DNA of 63,327 nt, the filler included, from Octopus bimaculoides (lineage: Eukaryota), in assembly GCF_001194135.2 (NCBI RefSeq). It is 3 parts of 2 records of this genome, joined end to end, with 100 filler letters (N's around TTAATTAATTAA, not from the genome) between each part and the next. Parts side by side here need not be neighbours in the genome. Positions count along the whole stretch, not along the records: positions 20,946 to 32,371 come from NC_068983.1; positions 32,472 to 63,327 come from NC_068992.1; 1 more part is not named here. One strand, given 5' to 3'. Made by a program: the position numbers and the translations under genes. The notes under the pieces were generated by a model, which did no database searches, was not told the origin of the DNA, and was given only the letters and a program-made list of their open reading frames with translations. Numbering within the stretch: the stretch's first letter is position 1; each line of letters opens with the position of its first letter. Positions 24,560 to 37,129 of this stretch are shown here, one piece after another.

Positions 24560-24825
24560 TCGTCATTGGAGATCAGGGTGTCTCTCTCGGTCGAGTCGCT
24601 ATTTCACTGCATTGAGAGACCACAACTCTGGCATTACGGATGTAATTAGATTGTCGCAGGAAAAAATTGCAGGACGGATACTTCAAGTCCAACCAGCCTG
24701 CAGGAAACCTAGGGGTAGGCTAAGAACGAAATGGTCGGATAATATCCATACTGTTAGTCAGTCATACGCGGGAATCCAGCCGAAAAGTGTTATGAGGGCT
24801 GCTTCTGTGTCAGTATTCTGCGTCT
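24560..24825 (+). mobile_element. RTE-type LINE 3' ORF relic
   Basis: VIRLSQEKIAGRILQVQPACRKPRGRLRTKWSDNI resembles GHVIRM..ER...R.RGRPR.RW.DNI. Confidence 0.65.
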
Positions 24826-26349
24826 AGTGTGTCAGTATTTAACAAAATGATGGTACCTTTTTTATTTGTAATGTTACTTTGTAAATTCAAATCAAATAAT
24901 TTTTAATATTCAAATTTTTTTCCTTTGCTGCAATATCTTAAGTAAAATATTTCTTGTCCTGAACTTTTCCAAGTGTAATAACTTGTCCTGTAATTTTCCG
25001 GTTTATAATCTTAAGAATTTTATTTCTCTAGCTCGCATTTTCCCATGTAATCCATGTTTTTTCCAGGCTATGTTATTATGCTAATTAATAATGAGTCAAA
25101 TGTGTCAATTAGCGATGTCGTTGATAATATTTTTCTTACCTCAACGACGCCGGTGACATATATTAAAAGTCCTCTTATAGAACTATATTCATAAAAAAGT
25201 ATAGAACTGTATTATCACCCTCAAATTTGAGAAACAAACACTCATAACTTTTTTCTTTTCAAACTTCATTGCATGAGATTGATACCATGAAATTCCTCAA
25301 ATTGAGCTCTATCATTTAAGCTCAATTAGAATATAGTTTGTGTTTATAATAAAAAGCTAATTATACTTAAATCTAATTTTTTGCCTTACTTATATATTTT
25401 TTGATATTTTACCTCACAACTTTTTTGATACAAATTTTTGTTGCATGGGAACAAAACTATGAAATTCTTCATGCTATCTTCTCTCATTGAAGCTAAGATA
25501 AATATATTTTGCCTTTAAAATAAAAAAGTTATTTAGATCTAAACTTGATTGGTGGCGTTACTTACTCTCCTATAACATTGCTACAAATTTTGATGTAAAC
25601 TTTTTACTACTGGATCAAATCTCAGTTTTTTTTTTAATTCCAAAATGTAGCTAGGGACCAGTCCTCTTCAAAAATGTTAACAGATTTCAATTTGGTTAAG
25701 AACTGAATTAGCGACAAGGTCTGAAAGATGCAGCATGTGAGTAAATTGCGGCCTTAAGAATATTATTCAACTACTACCGTAGTTGAATGATACGTAAATA
25801 AATATATGTATGAACATACGTCAAAGAATACCCTGAAATTCCAATAAAAGAGCCTTGCTTTTAAGATCGAAACCGGCTTTTTCGCCGTTGGAGAAAAATT
25901 CGATAAACAAATCAAACAAGCAAATAAATAGCAAAAGTAAATAAAAAAGTATACATACATACACACATACATACGTACACACACACACACATATATACGT
26001 ACATGCATACATACATCCGTACCCAATGCATCATAAATACATAGAGAGTGAGATGGGGTAAGAAACAAAGATGTATCTCCCGAAGGAAAACGAATAACTC
26101 TTGGAACGTATGAGTGATTGTAAATAGATAAATAAATAAAAATGAAGAGACTGACGAAGAAAGGCTATATATGAAATAGAGCGAAAACGTTGAATATATC
26201 TGTGCGTGTAAGAGTACGAATGTAAGAAGAAGTGTAAGGTGTAAATAAGGTATAAATATGTTTTTGAAATAATATCATGTTGTGTTGTCAAACTTAGGTA
26301 TTCGTCTATCAAGCTGCATTACAGTTTCTTTTATAGGTGTAGAGGTTAC

Positions 26350-26986
26350 AGTCTCAATTTCCAACTGTTCTTTTAGTTCACGACACGCATTCAGTTGTGA
26401 TTACTATTGGTCTTCCGTGAACAAGTGAGACACAAGTTTCGCTGCAACTCTTTTCATTCGCTATTCCTGCCAGAAGATTCGTTGGTAGCAGCTCTAGGAC
26501 ACACCAGTCATATCAACAGATTCGTCAATTATTCGGTGACGTCAATTATTCGGTCCCCCCCAAGATCACTTCATGAATTTTCGTGATGTGTTCATTTGTT
26601 CGAGAGGTCGACGGTCGCCCCGAACGAGGTTGGTCTTCAAGTGACAAATGACCATTCCGTAAAGCGTGAAAACCATTCGTAAACTTGCGTTTAGCCCATG
26701 GCAGCGTCCTTGTAAGCTGTTTGAAGCATGACAACTGTTTCGGCCGCAGAAGAAAGCAGAATTTCACGGAAGCACGCTGTTCTTTCGCTTCAGTCATCGC
26801 AAAAATCGACGAAATACGAGAAAAGCACTGCAAAACAAAGTTGCACCACATGTCAATACGACCTCACTCGACGATACCGGTCAGCAGACTGATGCCTGAG
26901 GGCCGCATCAAGTGGCTGCTAGTGGCAGAAGCCTAAACTACAACTGGCTTGTCCTACATAGAACGTTACTTTTGGGTACCTCCTCG
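26350..26986 (-). mobile_element. mariner element 5' part with left TIR
   Basis: TA|cgaggaggtacccaaaag terminus inside (TA)n. EQRASVKFCFLL...NGHLSLEDQPRSGRPSTSRTNE..KIHE...VAAKLVSHLFTEDQ, frameshifted. Confidence 0.85.
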
Positions 26987-27799
26987 TATATATATATATA
27001 TATATATATATATANNNNNNNNNNNNNNNNNNNNNNNNNNNNNNNNNNNNNNNNNNNNNNNNNNNNNNNNNNNNNNNNNNNNNNNNNNNNNNNNNNNNNN
27101 NNNNNNNNNNNNNNNNNNNNNNNNNNNNNNNNNNNNNNNNNNNNNNNNNNNNNNNNNNNNNNNNNNNNNNNNNNNNNNNNNNNNNNNNNNNNNNNNNNNN
27201 NNNNNNNNNNNNNNNNNNNNNNNNNNNNNNNNNNNNNNNNNNNNNNNNNNNNNNNNNNNNNNNNNNNNNNNNNNNNNNNNNNNNNNNNNNNNNNNNNNNN
27301 NNNNNNNNNNNNNNNNNNNNNNNNNNNNNNNNNNNNNNNNNNNNNNNNNNNNNNNNNNNNNNNNNNNNNNNNNNNNNNNNNNNNNNNNNNNNNNNNNNNN
27401 NNNNNNNNNNNNNNNNNNNNNNNNNNNNNNNNNNNNNNNNNNNNNNNNNNNNNNNNNNNNNNNNNNNNNNNNNNNNNNNNNNNNNNNNNNNNNNNNNNNN
27501 NNNNNNNNNNNNNNNNNNNNNNNNNNNNNNNNNNNNNNNNNNNNNNNNNNNNNNNNNNNNNNNNNNNNNNNNNNNNNNNNNNNNNNNNNNGGTGAGTGAA
27601 AAAGTAATGCAATTTTTATCATAAGAGGCGTAGTATTTAATGAAATTATTCAGTATTTGGTAAAGATGTAAAGGCACATATGGCGGCAACATCCCCCCCC
27701 CCCAAAAAAAAACAAACAACAACAACTGAACAAATGTTTACAATGATAAAGATTTAGGCTACAGATATATTTGGAGATGGGCTGTCTGAATTAGAATAC

Positions 27800-28065
27800 T
27801 GCAAACCAAAATGAATTGGGAAATTCAAGCATAGCACACATGCCTCGTGACTCGGAATTAACAATGACAGTATTCACAACATTATTGAGTCATTTGGATA
27901 TTCAAAAGTTTGTGTTCGCTAGGTACCAAAACAACAGATACACGAACAATGGACTGAAAGAGTTAACGGTGCGCTGAACATCTTGAACTCAGTGAAACAA
28001 ATACCTTCTTTCAAAGGGTCATAACTGGTAATAAAACTGGATTGATCATTACGGACCACGTTGTT
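27800..28065 (+). mobile_element. Second, more decayed mariner transposase relic
   Basis: IHNIIESFGYSKVCVR*VPK (WVP motif) and FFQRVITGNKT (first-Asp region ITGDETW). Confidence 0.6.
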
Positions 28066-28569
28066 GATAAGCAAGCTTCTAACCATACGATCACGCTTAT
28101 GCTATGTCCATACACATGCGCAACAGCGAGTATTAGAAAACGGAATATAAATCTAAGATAGTAAAACTACAGGTTTTAAGCCTTTCATTGTGGAACTTTG
28201 TGTGAGTATATCTTGTTTATTTTGTACAGGCCCCACCTCCAAACATAAGCATACGTTGACCTGATATGTTTTATAGTTTGTTGACCACTCCACTGAAGAC
28301 AATTACTGAACACTTTTCTGCCTACCGAAGAAAGCACATGACAAATCGCAATTTATATCAATAACAAACTAGAGCTCAGTTATATATATAATATATATAA
28401 TATTGAGGCTAATTTGCGTTTTTGTTGGCGGCATGATTAAATAACAAATAAATATTTGTGCGCAACACAATATATATCAGAAAAGCTAAGATAAATTTAA
28501 TGTAGTTAAAATATATGTATGTATGTATATATGTATGTATGTATGTATATATACATACATATTATTTTA

Positions 28570-28770
28570 TTCTTTTACTTGTTTCAGTCATTTGACTGCA
28601 GCCATGCTGGAGCACCACCTTTCGTCGAGCAAATCGATCCCAGGACTTATTCTTTGTAAGCCTAGTACTTATTCTATCGGTCTGTTTTGCGGAACCACTA
28701 AGTTACGAGGACGTAAACACATCAGCATCGATTGCCAAGCGATGCTGGGGGAACAAACACAGACACACAA

Positions 28771-28832
<62 letters not shown>
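28570..28832 (-). mobile_element. SINE family A, 3' half
   Basis: gtttcagtcatttgactgcagccatgctggagcacc...taagttacg.ggacgtaaacac. Confidence 0.8.
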
Positions 28833-28853
<21 letters not shown>

Positions 28854-28865
28854 AGAATATTGTTG

Positions 28866-28910
28866 ACAGTGACTTCGAAGTTTCAACCAGTTGAGTCATC
28901 ATCGGGCTGC
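28866..28910 (-). ncRNA. Degenerate minimal hammerhead motif (PLE type)
   Basis: GCAGC-CCGATGA-T-GAC..GTT-GAAAC-TTCGAA-GTC-ACTGT. Helix III ACTTCGAAGT is a perfect palindrome, U4 is C, and helix I has one mismatch. Confidence 0.55.
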
Positions 28911-29544
28911 GATGCATTGAAGTTAATCTTGCCTTTATATATATATGAGTGTTTGAGCGGAGTGGTAATTAGGTTTCTGGAGTGGGTTGTTGTAGAGAGG
29001 TGTTTTGGAGAAACTTTTATTAATTAAATTTGGTGTTATACTATTGTTTAGAATTTATTCATGATTGTGGGTAGGTGTTTGTTTTTTGTTAGGTAGGCAC
29101 CGGATATGACAATATTTTTGTTGTTCTGGGTTTTACTAGATTTAATCCTTTGTTTTGACAATGTAAAGGTCAACAGTACAAGGTCTAGTACTTAAGCTCT
29201 TAGTAAATGGGTGTGTCAATTATTTTTTTCCACAAAAGAATGTAAGTAGGAGTTAAGTTTCGGTTAGTTAGTTCTTCTTACTTGTTGTTATTTGGGGGTA
29301 TTTCTTGTTTTCATTTGTAAGGTAGGAGTTGTTAGTCAGATAATGTCATGGTGTTGTTAGTATAGAAAATTATTTCTCTGGTGCTTTGATGTTCACAAAT
29401 GTATTTGGCTATATGTATGACTGTGTGTTACTCTCTCGGTGTTCATTGTTCTGTTTTAATAAGTTACCGTCTCGAGTCACACCGACTCTTAAGAGTCAGT
29501 TTCTCGGTTTCGTGGCGTATAAATTCCCCACCTGAACGGGATTA

Positions 29545-29815
29545 TTCTTCCAACACCCGATGAGCAAGAAACAAGCTCATACCATTACTGATCTGCCTCC
29601 GAATTTGACTGTAGGGATAGTACTCTTTGACGCGTATTCTGTGTCATTCTTTCTACAAACCTTGTTGATCGAATTTCTGCCGAAAAGCTCGATCTTGGTT
29701 TTATCAGACCAAAGTACGTTTTCCCAATATGTTGCCGGTTCATTTAGATGTGTTTTTTGAAAGGCCAAACGAGCTTTGACATGACCTTTCGTACAAAGAA
29801 GGTGGGTTGGGTATT
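29545..29815 (-). mobile_element. Tc1-family (DDE) transposase catalytic-region relic
   Basis: YWENVLWSDKTKIELFG...TIPTVKFGGRSVMV*AC corresponds to the WSDETK and TVKxGGGSVMVWGC motifs. Confidence 0.85.
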
Positions 29816-29891
29816 GTTAGTCCTGAGTGGAAACCAACATCGTAATTGTCTTAGAAGTTAAGTACTAAAACAGATATGCAAATGTTACTAC

Positions 29892-30135
29892 ATAGGTGCA
29901 GGCGTGGCTCTATGGTAAGAAATTTGCTTTCCTACCACATGGTTCCGGGTTCAGTCCCACTGCTTGGCACCTTGGACAAGTGTCTTCTAATATAGCCTCT
30001 TACCAACCAAAACCTTGTAAATGAATTTGGTAGACAGAAACTGAAAGAAACCGGTCCTATATATATATATACATGTTTATATCTATGTGAGCGTGTCTTT
30101 GTGTCTGTATTCGCCTCCATCAACGCTTGACGTCT
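29892..30135 (+). mobile_element. SINE family A, 5' part
   Basis: ataggtgcaggcgtggctctatggtaag...ggttcagtcccactg. Confidence 0.8.
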
Positions 30136-31664
30136 CTGTATATATGTATGTATAAATTTCACTAGTTGTTTGCCAATATTCTTGATAGGAAATCATATGC
30201 TGAAACCGACGTGGTATCTTAGAAGTGTCATTTGGCCTATATGAAACACGCGAATCGGTCTCTTTTGCTTCTTTTTATTATTATGAAACAACTAGTTAAC
30301 TAATTAACCAAATGGTTAATCAATAACTTGGTTAATTTTTTTAATCAGACCTGAAGGAATGAGAGCGTGTCATTGATAAAGTCACGAATGGTATGGAAAG
30401 GACTCTGCTATGTCAAGTGATTAAGAAGCAATCGATTAATTAGATGGCTAATTAGTTAACTAGTTGCGTAATGATAAAAAAAGAGAAGTGGAATGGAACC
30501 AGCACGTATGTTTTATTGTAAAAATGGCCTTCCCAAAATACAAGAACACGCACAAACACACATACGCACACACAATACACATACGCACACACAAAACATA
30601 CGCACACACAATACACATACGCACACATACAAACACGCACTCACACATACACACGCAGACACACATATTTACATATATGCATACACAAATATATGTATAT
30701 ACAAGAAGATTAGGTATGTATATGTATATGCACATATGCATATGCAAATACAAATGCATAAAATGCTGAAATAAGAATGCGTATAATTTTTAACTTACCC
30801 TCGTACATATACATACGTATGTATAATTATTAACAAGGAGAGCAGAAATTGATATATATATATATATANNNNNNNNNNNNNNNNNNNNNNNNNNNNNNNN
30901 NNNNNNNNNNNNNNNNNNNNNNNNNNNNNNNNNNNNNNNNNNNNNNNNNNNNNNNNNNNNNNNNNNNNNNNNNNNNNNNNNNNNNNNNNNNNNNNNNNNN
31001 NNNNNNNNNNNNNNNNNNNNNNNNNNNNNNNNNNNNNNNNNNNNNNNNNNNNNNNNNNNNNNNNNNNNNNNNNNNNNNNNNNNNNNNNNNNNNNNNNNNN
31101 NNNNNNNNNNNNNNNNNNNNNNNNNNNNNNNNNNNNNNNNNNNNNNNNNNNNNNNNNNNNNNNNNNNNNNNNNNNNNNNNNNNNNNNNNNNNNNNNNNNN
31201 NNNNNNNNNNNNNNNNNNNNNNNNNNNNNNNNNNNNNNNNNNNNNNNNNNNNNNNNNNNNNNNNNNNNNNNNNNNNNNNNNNNNNNNNNNNNNNNNNNNN
31301 NNNNNNNNNNNNNNNNNNNNNNNNNNNNNNNNNNNNNNNNNNNNNNNNNNNNNNNNNNNNNNNNNNNNNNNNNNNNNNNNNNNNNNNNNNNNNNNNNNNN
31401 NNNNNNNNNNNNNNNNNNNNNNNNNNNNNNNNNNNNNNNNNNNNNNNNNNNNNNNNNNNNNNNNNNNNNNNNNNNNNNNNNNNNNNNNNNNNNNNNNNNN
31501 NNNNNNNNNNNNNNNNNNNNNNNNNNNNNNNNNNNNNNNNNNNNNNNNNNNNNNNNNNNNNNNNNNNNNNNNNNNNNNNNNNNNNNNNNNNNNNNNTATA
31601 TGTGTTTGTATATATGTATATACACTCATACATAAATGCACACACACATATATATATATATAGG

Positions 31665-31713
<49 letters not shown>

Positions 31714-32011
31714 GTGTGAATGTGTAAGTGTGTGCGAGTACGCAAGCGCGTATGTCGGATAATCTGTGAGAATTATTGCTGAACTTGTATTATCCTATGT
31801 CTCGAATAAAAGTGGGTTTAATAAATATTTCATAAAGCAATTAAAACGTCTTCGCACGTTTTGGGAATCTTCTCACAAACATATGTATTTGTTTATCAAT
31901 TAGCTGAAAACTCTAGTGTTACCGCTCGGAAAATATCACACCGACTAGAAGGAGTGATCAGCCAATGTTTGTTTATGGGACGCAAAAGCACAGCAAAATG
32001 TTAGACAAAGT

Positions 32012-32063
32012 TGTGCACGTGTGGGGGCTGATGTGCACGTGTGGGGGCTGATGTGCACGTGTG
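32012..32063. repeat. 20-bp tandem repeat (2.6 copies), each unit containing CACGTG
   Basis: tgtgcacgtgtgggggctga at 32012 and 32032, partial copy at 32052. Confidence 0.9.
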
Positions 32064-32175
32064 ATTAAAAATGGGTTCAATTCTAGTTTGTGTATTTTGG
32101 GTGTGTTTCTGTCATCATGATCTCAATGAGTGAAACTTAGGCGACAGAAACGAAAACAAGTGGAAGCAATCTTTA

Positions 32176-32224
<49 letters not shown>

Positions 32225-32332
32225 ACGTACGTACGTATGTATGTATGTATGTATGTATGTCTTTCACCGTGGGATACTCTCAGCACCTAACCGATAGTAT
32301 CGCTTCATGAAGCACTGTCCGTCAGCTTTGTG

Positions 32333-32371
<39 letters not shown>

Positions 32372-32471
32372 NNNNNNNNNNNNNNNNNNNNNNNNNNNNN
32401 NNNNNNNNNNNNNNNTTAATTAATTAANNNNNNNNNNNNNNNNNNNNNNNNNNNNNNNNNNNNNNNNNNNN

Positions 32472-32530
<59 letters not shown>

Positions 32531-32885
32531 TCTCTTACACACACACACACACACCACACATCCACTTCATGCATAAACTGCTTTCAACATGCAATGAAAA
32601 GGATTCAACACAGATCAAGGTATGATTAAATAATTAAGTTAAACCACAGAATTAGTTATGGTTTTATTTCAATAATCCAGATTAGGTTTTTGCTTATTAA
32701 TGTTTTGGAATCAGGCTCTAGAGTCACAAGCACAGCTATGTGATTAAAAAGCTCGCTTTGTAACCATGTGTCTTCAGGTTCATTCCCACTGCATTGCATC
32801 TTGGTCAAGTGTCTTCTAATAACAGTGCCATAACAATAAACATACTGTGAGTGAATTTGGTGGATAGAAACAGTGTAGAAGTCCA

Positions 32886-32920
<35 letters not shown>

Positions 32921-32924
32921 CATA

Positions 32925-33230
32925 TATGGACACGAACTCAGTTTGCGAAGACTTATTGGGGCAAGCGAAAGCGAAATCGGCATAGCACCTGTGCCCAGCA
33001 TTGCCTTTCTGGCACTTGTGCCCGTGACATGTGTAAGGATTTTCGAGGCAGATCGTTGTCAGTGCCCCTGGACTGGCTCTTGTGTGGGTGGCACATAAAA
33101 TACACTGTAGAAACTCTGCCAAATCAGATTGGAGCCTGGTGTTGCCATCCGGTTTCACCAGTCCTCAGTCAAATCGTCCAACCCATGCTAGCATGGAAAG
33201 CGGACGTTAAATGATGATGATGATGATGAT
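32925..33230 (+). mobile_element. 5'-truncated RTE LINE 3' UTR with (GAT)n tail
   Basis: ctgtagaaactctgccaaatcagattggagcctgg...acccatgctagcatggaaagcggacgttaaatgatgatg. The same tail is attached to the ORF-bearing copy at 44277-45385. Confidence 0.8.
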
Positions 33231-33437
33231 ACGTATATATATATATATATATATACACACACAAAGTATCGGGGTTTAGTTTACAGGTGATCTAAATGAA
33301 TAGGTACACTAGGTAAGTACTGTAACAGATTACTAAGGCTCCAAGGTTGTAGTTGCGATGGTAGTTATGGAGCCATTGCAAATTTCTGTGCCAGTAAGGC
33401 GACGTTGGTAACATTTATATGTATGTATATACATTTA

Positions 33438-33497
<60 letters not shown>

Positions 33498-33554
33498 ACA
33501 TATATATTACATACATATGCACCCCACCGCTTTTGGATTTCCTTTATGTCACAA

Positions 33555-33860
33555 TGCAAACACTACTAGGGAGACAAGAAAAAGCACTTCAAAGACACTT
33601 TAAAAGCTTTTCTGAAAGCCTTCAGCATGACTTACATCACATGATAGCAGGTAGCCCAAGATAGACAGAGGCAAGTGGAAATCCCCTGTCCGCAAGGGCA
33701 TGCAAATCAGTGAAGACGACATTATTGCTACAACATAGCCATGCAAATAGGTCAGAAAAACCAGCACCATTAAAACCCCAACATATACTACTATGCCTTG
33801 TCAATGCTATCAGAGAATCTTCTGGACACAACTTGGCCTGATCAGTCACCAGTTTATCCC
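33555..33860 (+). mobile_element. RTE/BovB-like LINE C-terminal relic
   Basis: KKHFKDTLKAFLKAFS...QVAQDR...(C..C..TF.A.IGLISH-like end), frameshifted. Confidence 0.6.
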
Positions 33861-33929
33861 ATAAAGCCCAACCCCTAGCCTAAAACCAGGATGACTACAT
33901 GGTCCTAGTCACCCACCATACAAACCTCA

Positions 33930-34990
33930 TATATGTCTTAACCAATATCATAGTACCTTGTTTTATGTTTTGCGTCTATTTGAGAATCGATGTCACACTT
34001 ATCTGTCTTATGTTTTATGTTAGTGTCTTAACCAGCATCGTAGTACTATGTTTTTTATTTTGTGTCGATGCTTTAACATTTGCCACAGTGCTATGCCTAA
34101 TACAGTATGTCTATGTCTTAACCAATATCACAGTGTTATGTCTAATGTGTTAGAGTTGTATAATTTGCATGAAGCATTGTCTGATATAGATATTTTTAAT
34201 TGTTTTTTTTTTAAGCCAAAACAATGCAAGTTGTAAGAAAAAGTAACAAGTCAATTGTTTGTACTTTTACTTTGTATTTCAATATTTCGAGTTTAGGATC
34301 CCTTCTTCAGGAAATCTTTGGTGAAATGGTGTTGCAAATTCACTTCTCTATTCTGTAGTGTGTGTGCCCATATCTAACTATGCCCTGGGCACCATCTCCT
34401 GATAGAATCGTAGGGGTACCATTGTGATATATGGCATATGTGTGAGGGAGATATTTAAATGTTTTATATTTATATATTTATACCATAAACTGTCATAGAT
34501 TTATCAAGAACTTGGTTATGCAAAAATTACTCTATAATTCTATCTCAGTTTTCTGTCTATGTCTTAGCCTATATCACAGTCTTATATCTTATGTACATGC
34601 TGATATTTTTTATGACGGTATCAATGCTTTTGTCTTAACTTATGGCAGAGTGTTATATCTCATGTTTTGTTTATGTCTTAAACCTATATTACAGTGTTGC
34701 ATCTTAGGTCTATGCTTTATATCTCTATGACTACATCTATGCTTTTGTCTTAACCTTAACATCGATGCTTTTGTCTTATCACAATGCCATATGTCCAATG
34801 TGTTCTGTCTATGTCTTAACCTATATCACAGTGTTACATCTTATGTTTGTGCCAAAATTTTTATGACTACATCAACGCTTTTGTCTTAACCTATGTCAGA
34901 GTATTACGACTACATCAACGCTTTTGTCTTAACCTATGTCAGAGTATTACGACTAATGTTTTCTGTCTATGCCTTAACCTATATCACAGC
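33930..34990. repeat. Degenerate minisatellite built on tgtcttaacctatatcacagtgttat..., interrupted at about 34200-34540
   Basis: The motif tgtcttaacc recurs more than ten times, with an exact 43-bp tandem duplication at about 34866-34951. Confidence 0.8.
34276..34315 (-). ncRNA. Structurally complete 40-nt minimal type I hammerhead motif
   Basis: AUUUC-CUGAAGA-A-GGG-AUCCUAAA-CUC-GAAAU-AUU-GAAAU: 5-bp helix I, 3-bp helix II with one G-U pair, loopless palindromic helix III (AAUAUU). Confidence 0.65.
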
Positions 34991-35447
34991 TTGTATAGAC
35001 ATTACTGTAATAAATAAAACTCGGTGTATAAAAACTGCTAAATCGAACAATAGCTAAATGTTTGGCACTGTCTTCTTTGTTATTCATCTTTAACAAGCAA
35101 ACATCAAATTAGCATTTGGTTGCAACAGAGACAACGCTTTTAATGGATGTAGGAAACATATTCCTTCTCATGCTTCACTTAGCTGTAATCTAGAATATTG
35201 AACAATATCGCATGACAATACACTCTAACATTATATTATAACTGATATCTTTTAACACAAGATCAATACATGTACAATAGTTTGCTATGCATTTTCATAA
35301 ATTTATCAATGTCGCTAGAATTATGTACAGTTATATATACACACGCTTTATCACAGACACACACTCACACAGGCACATACATACACATACACATGGTTAC
35401 ATATATGCATACATACATACAGATACAGACACACACACAGTCATATG

Positions 35448-35482
<35 letters not shown>

Positions 35483-35559
35483 ATGCGTGTGTATAATAGT
35501 CAAAGCATTAATGCAGAGAGAGGTTGTTAGGAAAAACTAAATATATTTTCATTAGAAAT

Positions 35560-35845
35560 CTTATATATGATGACTAGTGTCATCATCGCCACCACGGCCG
35601 CCACCACCGCCGCCGCCACCGTCACCGCCACCCCCATCGTCATCGTTGTTGTCATTGTCAATGTCATGAATATGTTCACGATAATGATTGTCACCATCCT
35701 CTCCACCAGCATCCGCATCCTTCTTCCTCTCCATCGCTGCCAGTAGTGGAAATATCCTTATCCTCATCATCATCATCCTCATCATCATTATCATCATTAT
35801 CATCATTATCATCATCATTATCATCATCATTATCATCATCATCAT
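35560..35845. repeat. Compound (CAT)/(CAC)/(CGC) trinucleotide low-complexity tract
   Basis: Direct inspection. Confidence 0.9.
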
Positions 35846-36122
35846 ACGAAATATGAACTATGAAATATGAAATCCGTCACTCGATGAACCAGTTTAAAGT
35901 AGACAGCAGGAAAGGCATCTGGCAGTGAAGCAAAACCTCAAGAATATATTCAAGCAATGCCGTTCTAACATGGAAAAGTGGTATTAAAGACAAGAGAATA
36001 GCAGATCTGCTAATAAACACAAATATTTTAAGACAATCTTCTACAGCCAGATGTGTTTCTGATGGTCAGCTTTTTATTGCTTGTCATGAGTCACGAGTAT
36101 ATGGTGTCTTTGTTCTAAAACT

Positions 36123-36171
<49 letters not shown>

Positions 36172-36191
36172 GCACACACGCACACATATGT

Positions 36192-36695
36192 ATAGGTGCA
36201 GGAGTGGCTGTGTAAGTAGCTTGCTTACCAACCACATGGTTCAGGGTTCAGTCCTACTGTGTGGCACCTTAGGCCGACCAAAGCCTTGTGAGTGGATTTG
36301 GTAGACGGAAACTGAAAGAAGCCCGTCATGGTGGATTATTTAAGACTTAGCTCTTATTTCGTGCAAATTTATAATTCATAGCTCTTTAAAGCTATTATAA
36401 CTGCATTCCACCCATGCCACTACTGGTGATATCATCAAATTTTGAATTTATCCACAGATGATATGAACAGTAGTGACATCTAACTTCAAATCTCAGTGTT
36501 TGAATATTTCATTTATATCTACATATATATATATGTATATATGTATGTATGTATGTATGTATGCATGCGTGTGTGTGTGTATATGTTTGTGTGTCCGTGT
36601 TTGTCCCCACACCATCGCTTGACAGCTGATGCTGTAACTTAGCGGTTCAGCAAAAAATAGAATAAGTAACCAGGCTTACAGAGAATAAGTCCTGT
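36192..36695 (+). mobile_element. SINE family A split into head (36192-36328) and tail (about 36570-36695)
   Basis: taggtgcaggagtggctgtg...ggttcagtcctactg, then gtttgtccccacaccatcgcttgaca...aataagtcctg. Confidence 0.7.
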
Positions 36696-37129
36696 TTGAA
36701 GGTTTATAGATGCAGGTTCGTGCATCATATAGCTTGCTAGAGGTGATTGCCTCTCACAGATAATAAGCAGCAGGATTCCTCCATTTCTATGGAGTGCCCT
36801 GTTAGTTTGGCAATAAATATTAATAGTCAGTACTGTTGCTGTATCTCTCATTTAGAGAGATTTAGAAATTATAACATTTCCATTTTTGAAAATCAGTGAA
36901 TGTGTTTCAATGAATATATATATATATACATGTGTGTGTGTGTGTGTGTGTGTACTGTGTGACACTAGAGACTTCAGATATGAGTTATATAGAATAGTGA
37001 AACATTATCTGAGCGGTTCATGTAAGCGTATGTGTTTGTGTCTATGCGTGTCTGTTTGCATGTATGTATGTGTGTGTATTTAAATCTTAGTGAATACACG
37101 CATATGTGCAAACAGAAAGGAAGCGAGGT

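Noticed and set aside
24900-25760. AT-rich region with motifs typical of non-autonomous DNA transposons, ending gcggccttaa (Kolobok-like)
   Set aside because: No matching opposite terminus could be identified by eye.
20890-32427. Isolated TTAATTAATTAA islands inside N runs (about 20890-20901 and 32416-32427)
   Set aside because: Identical 12-mers with stops in all six frames embedded in gaps: an assembly spacer, not biology.
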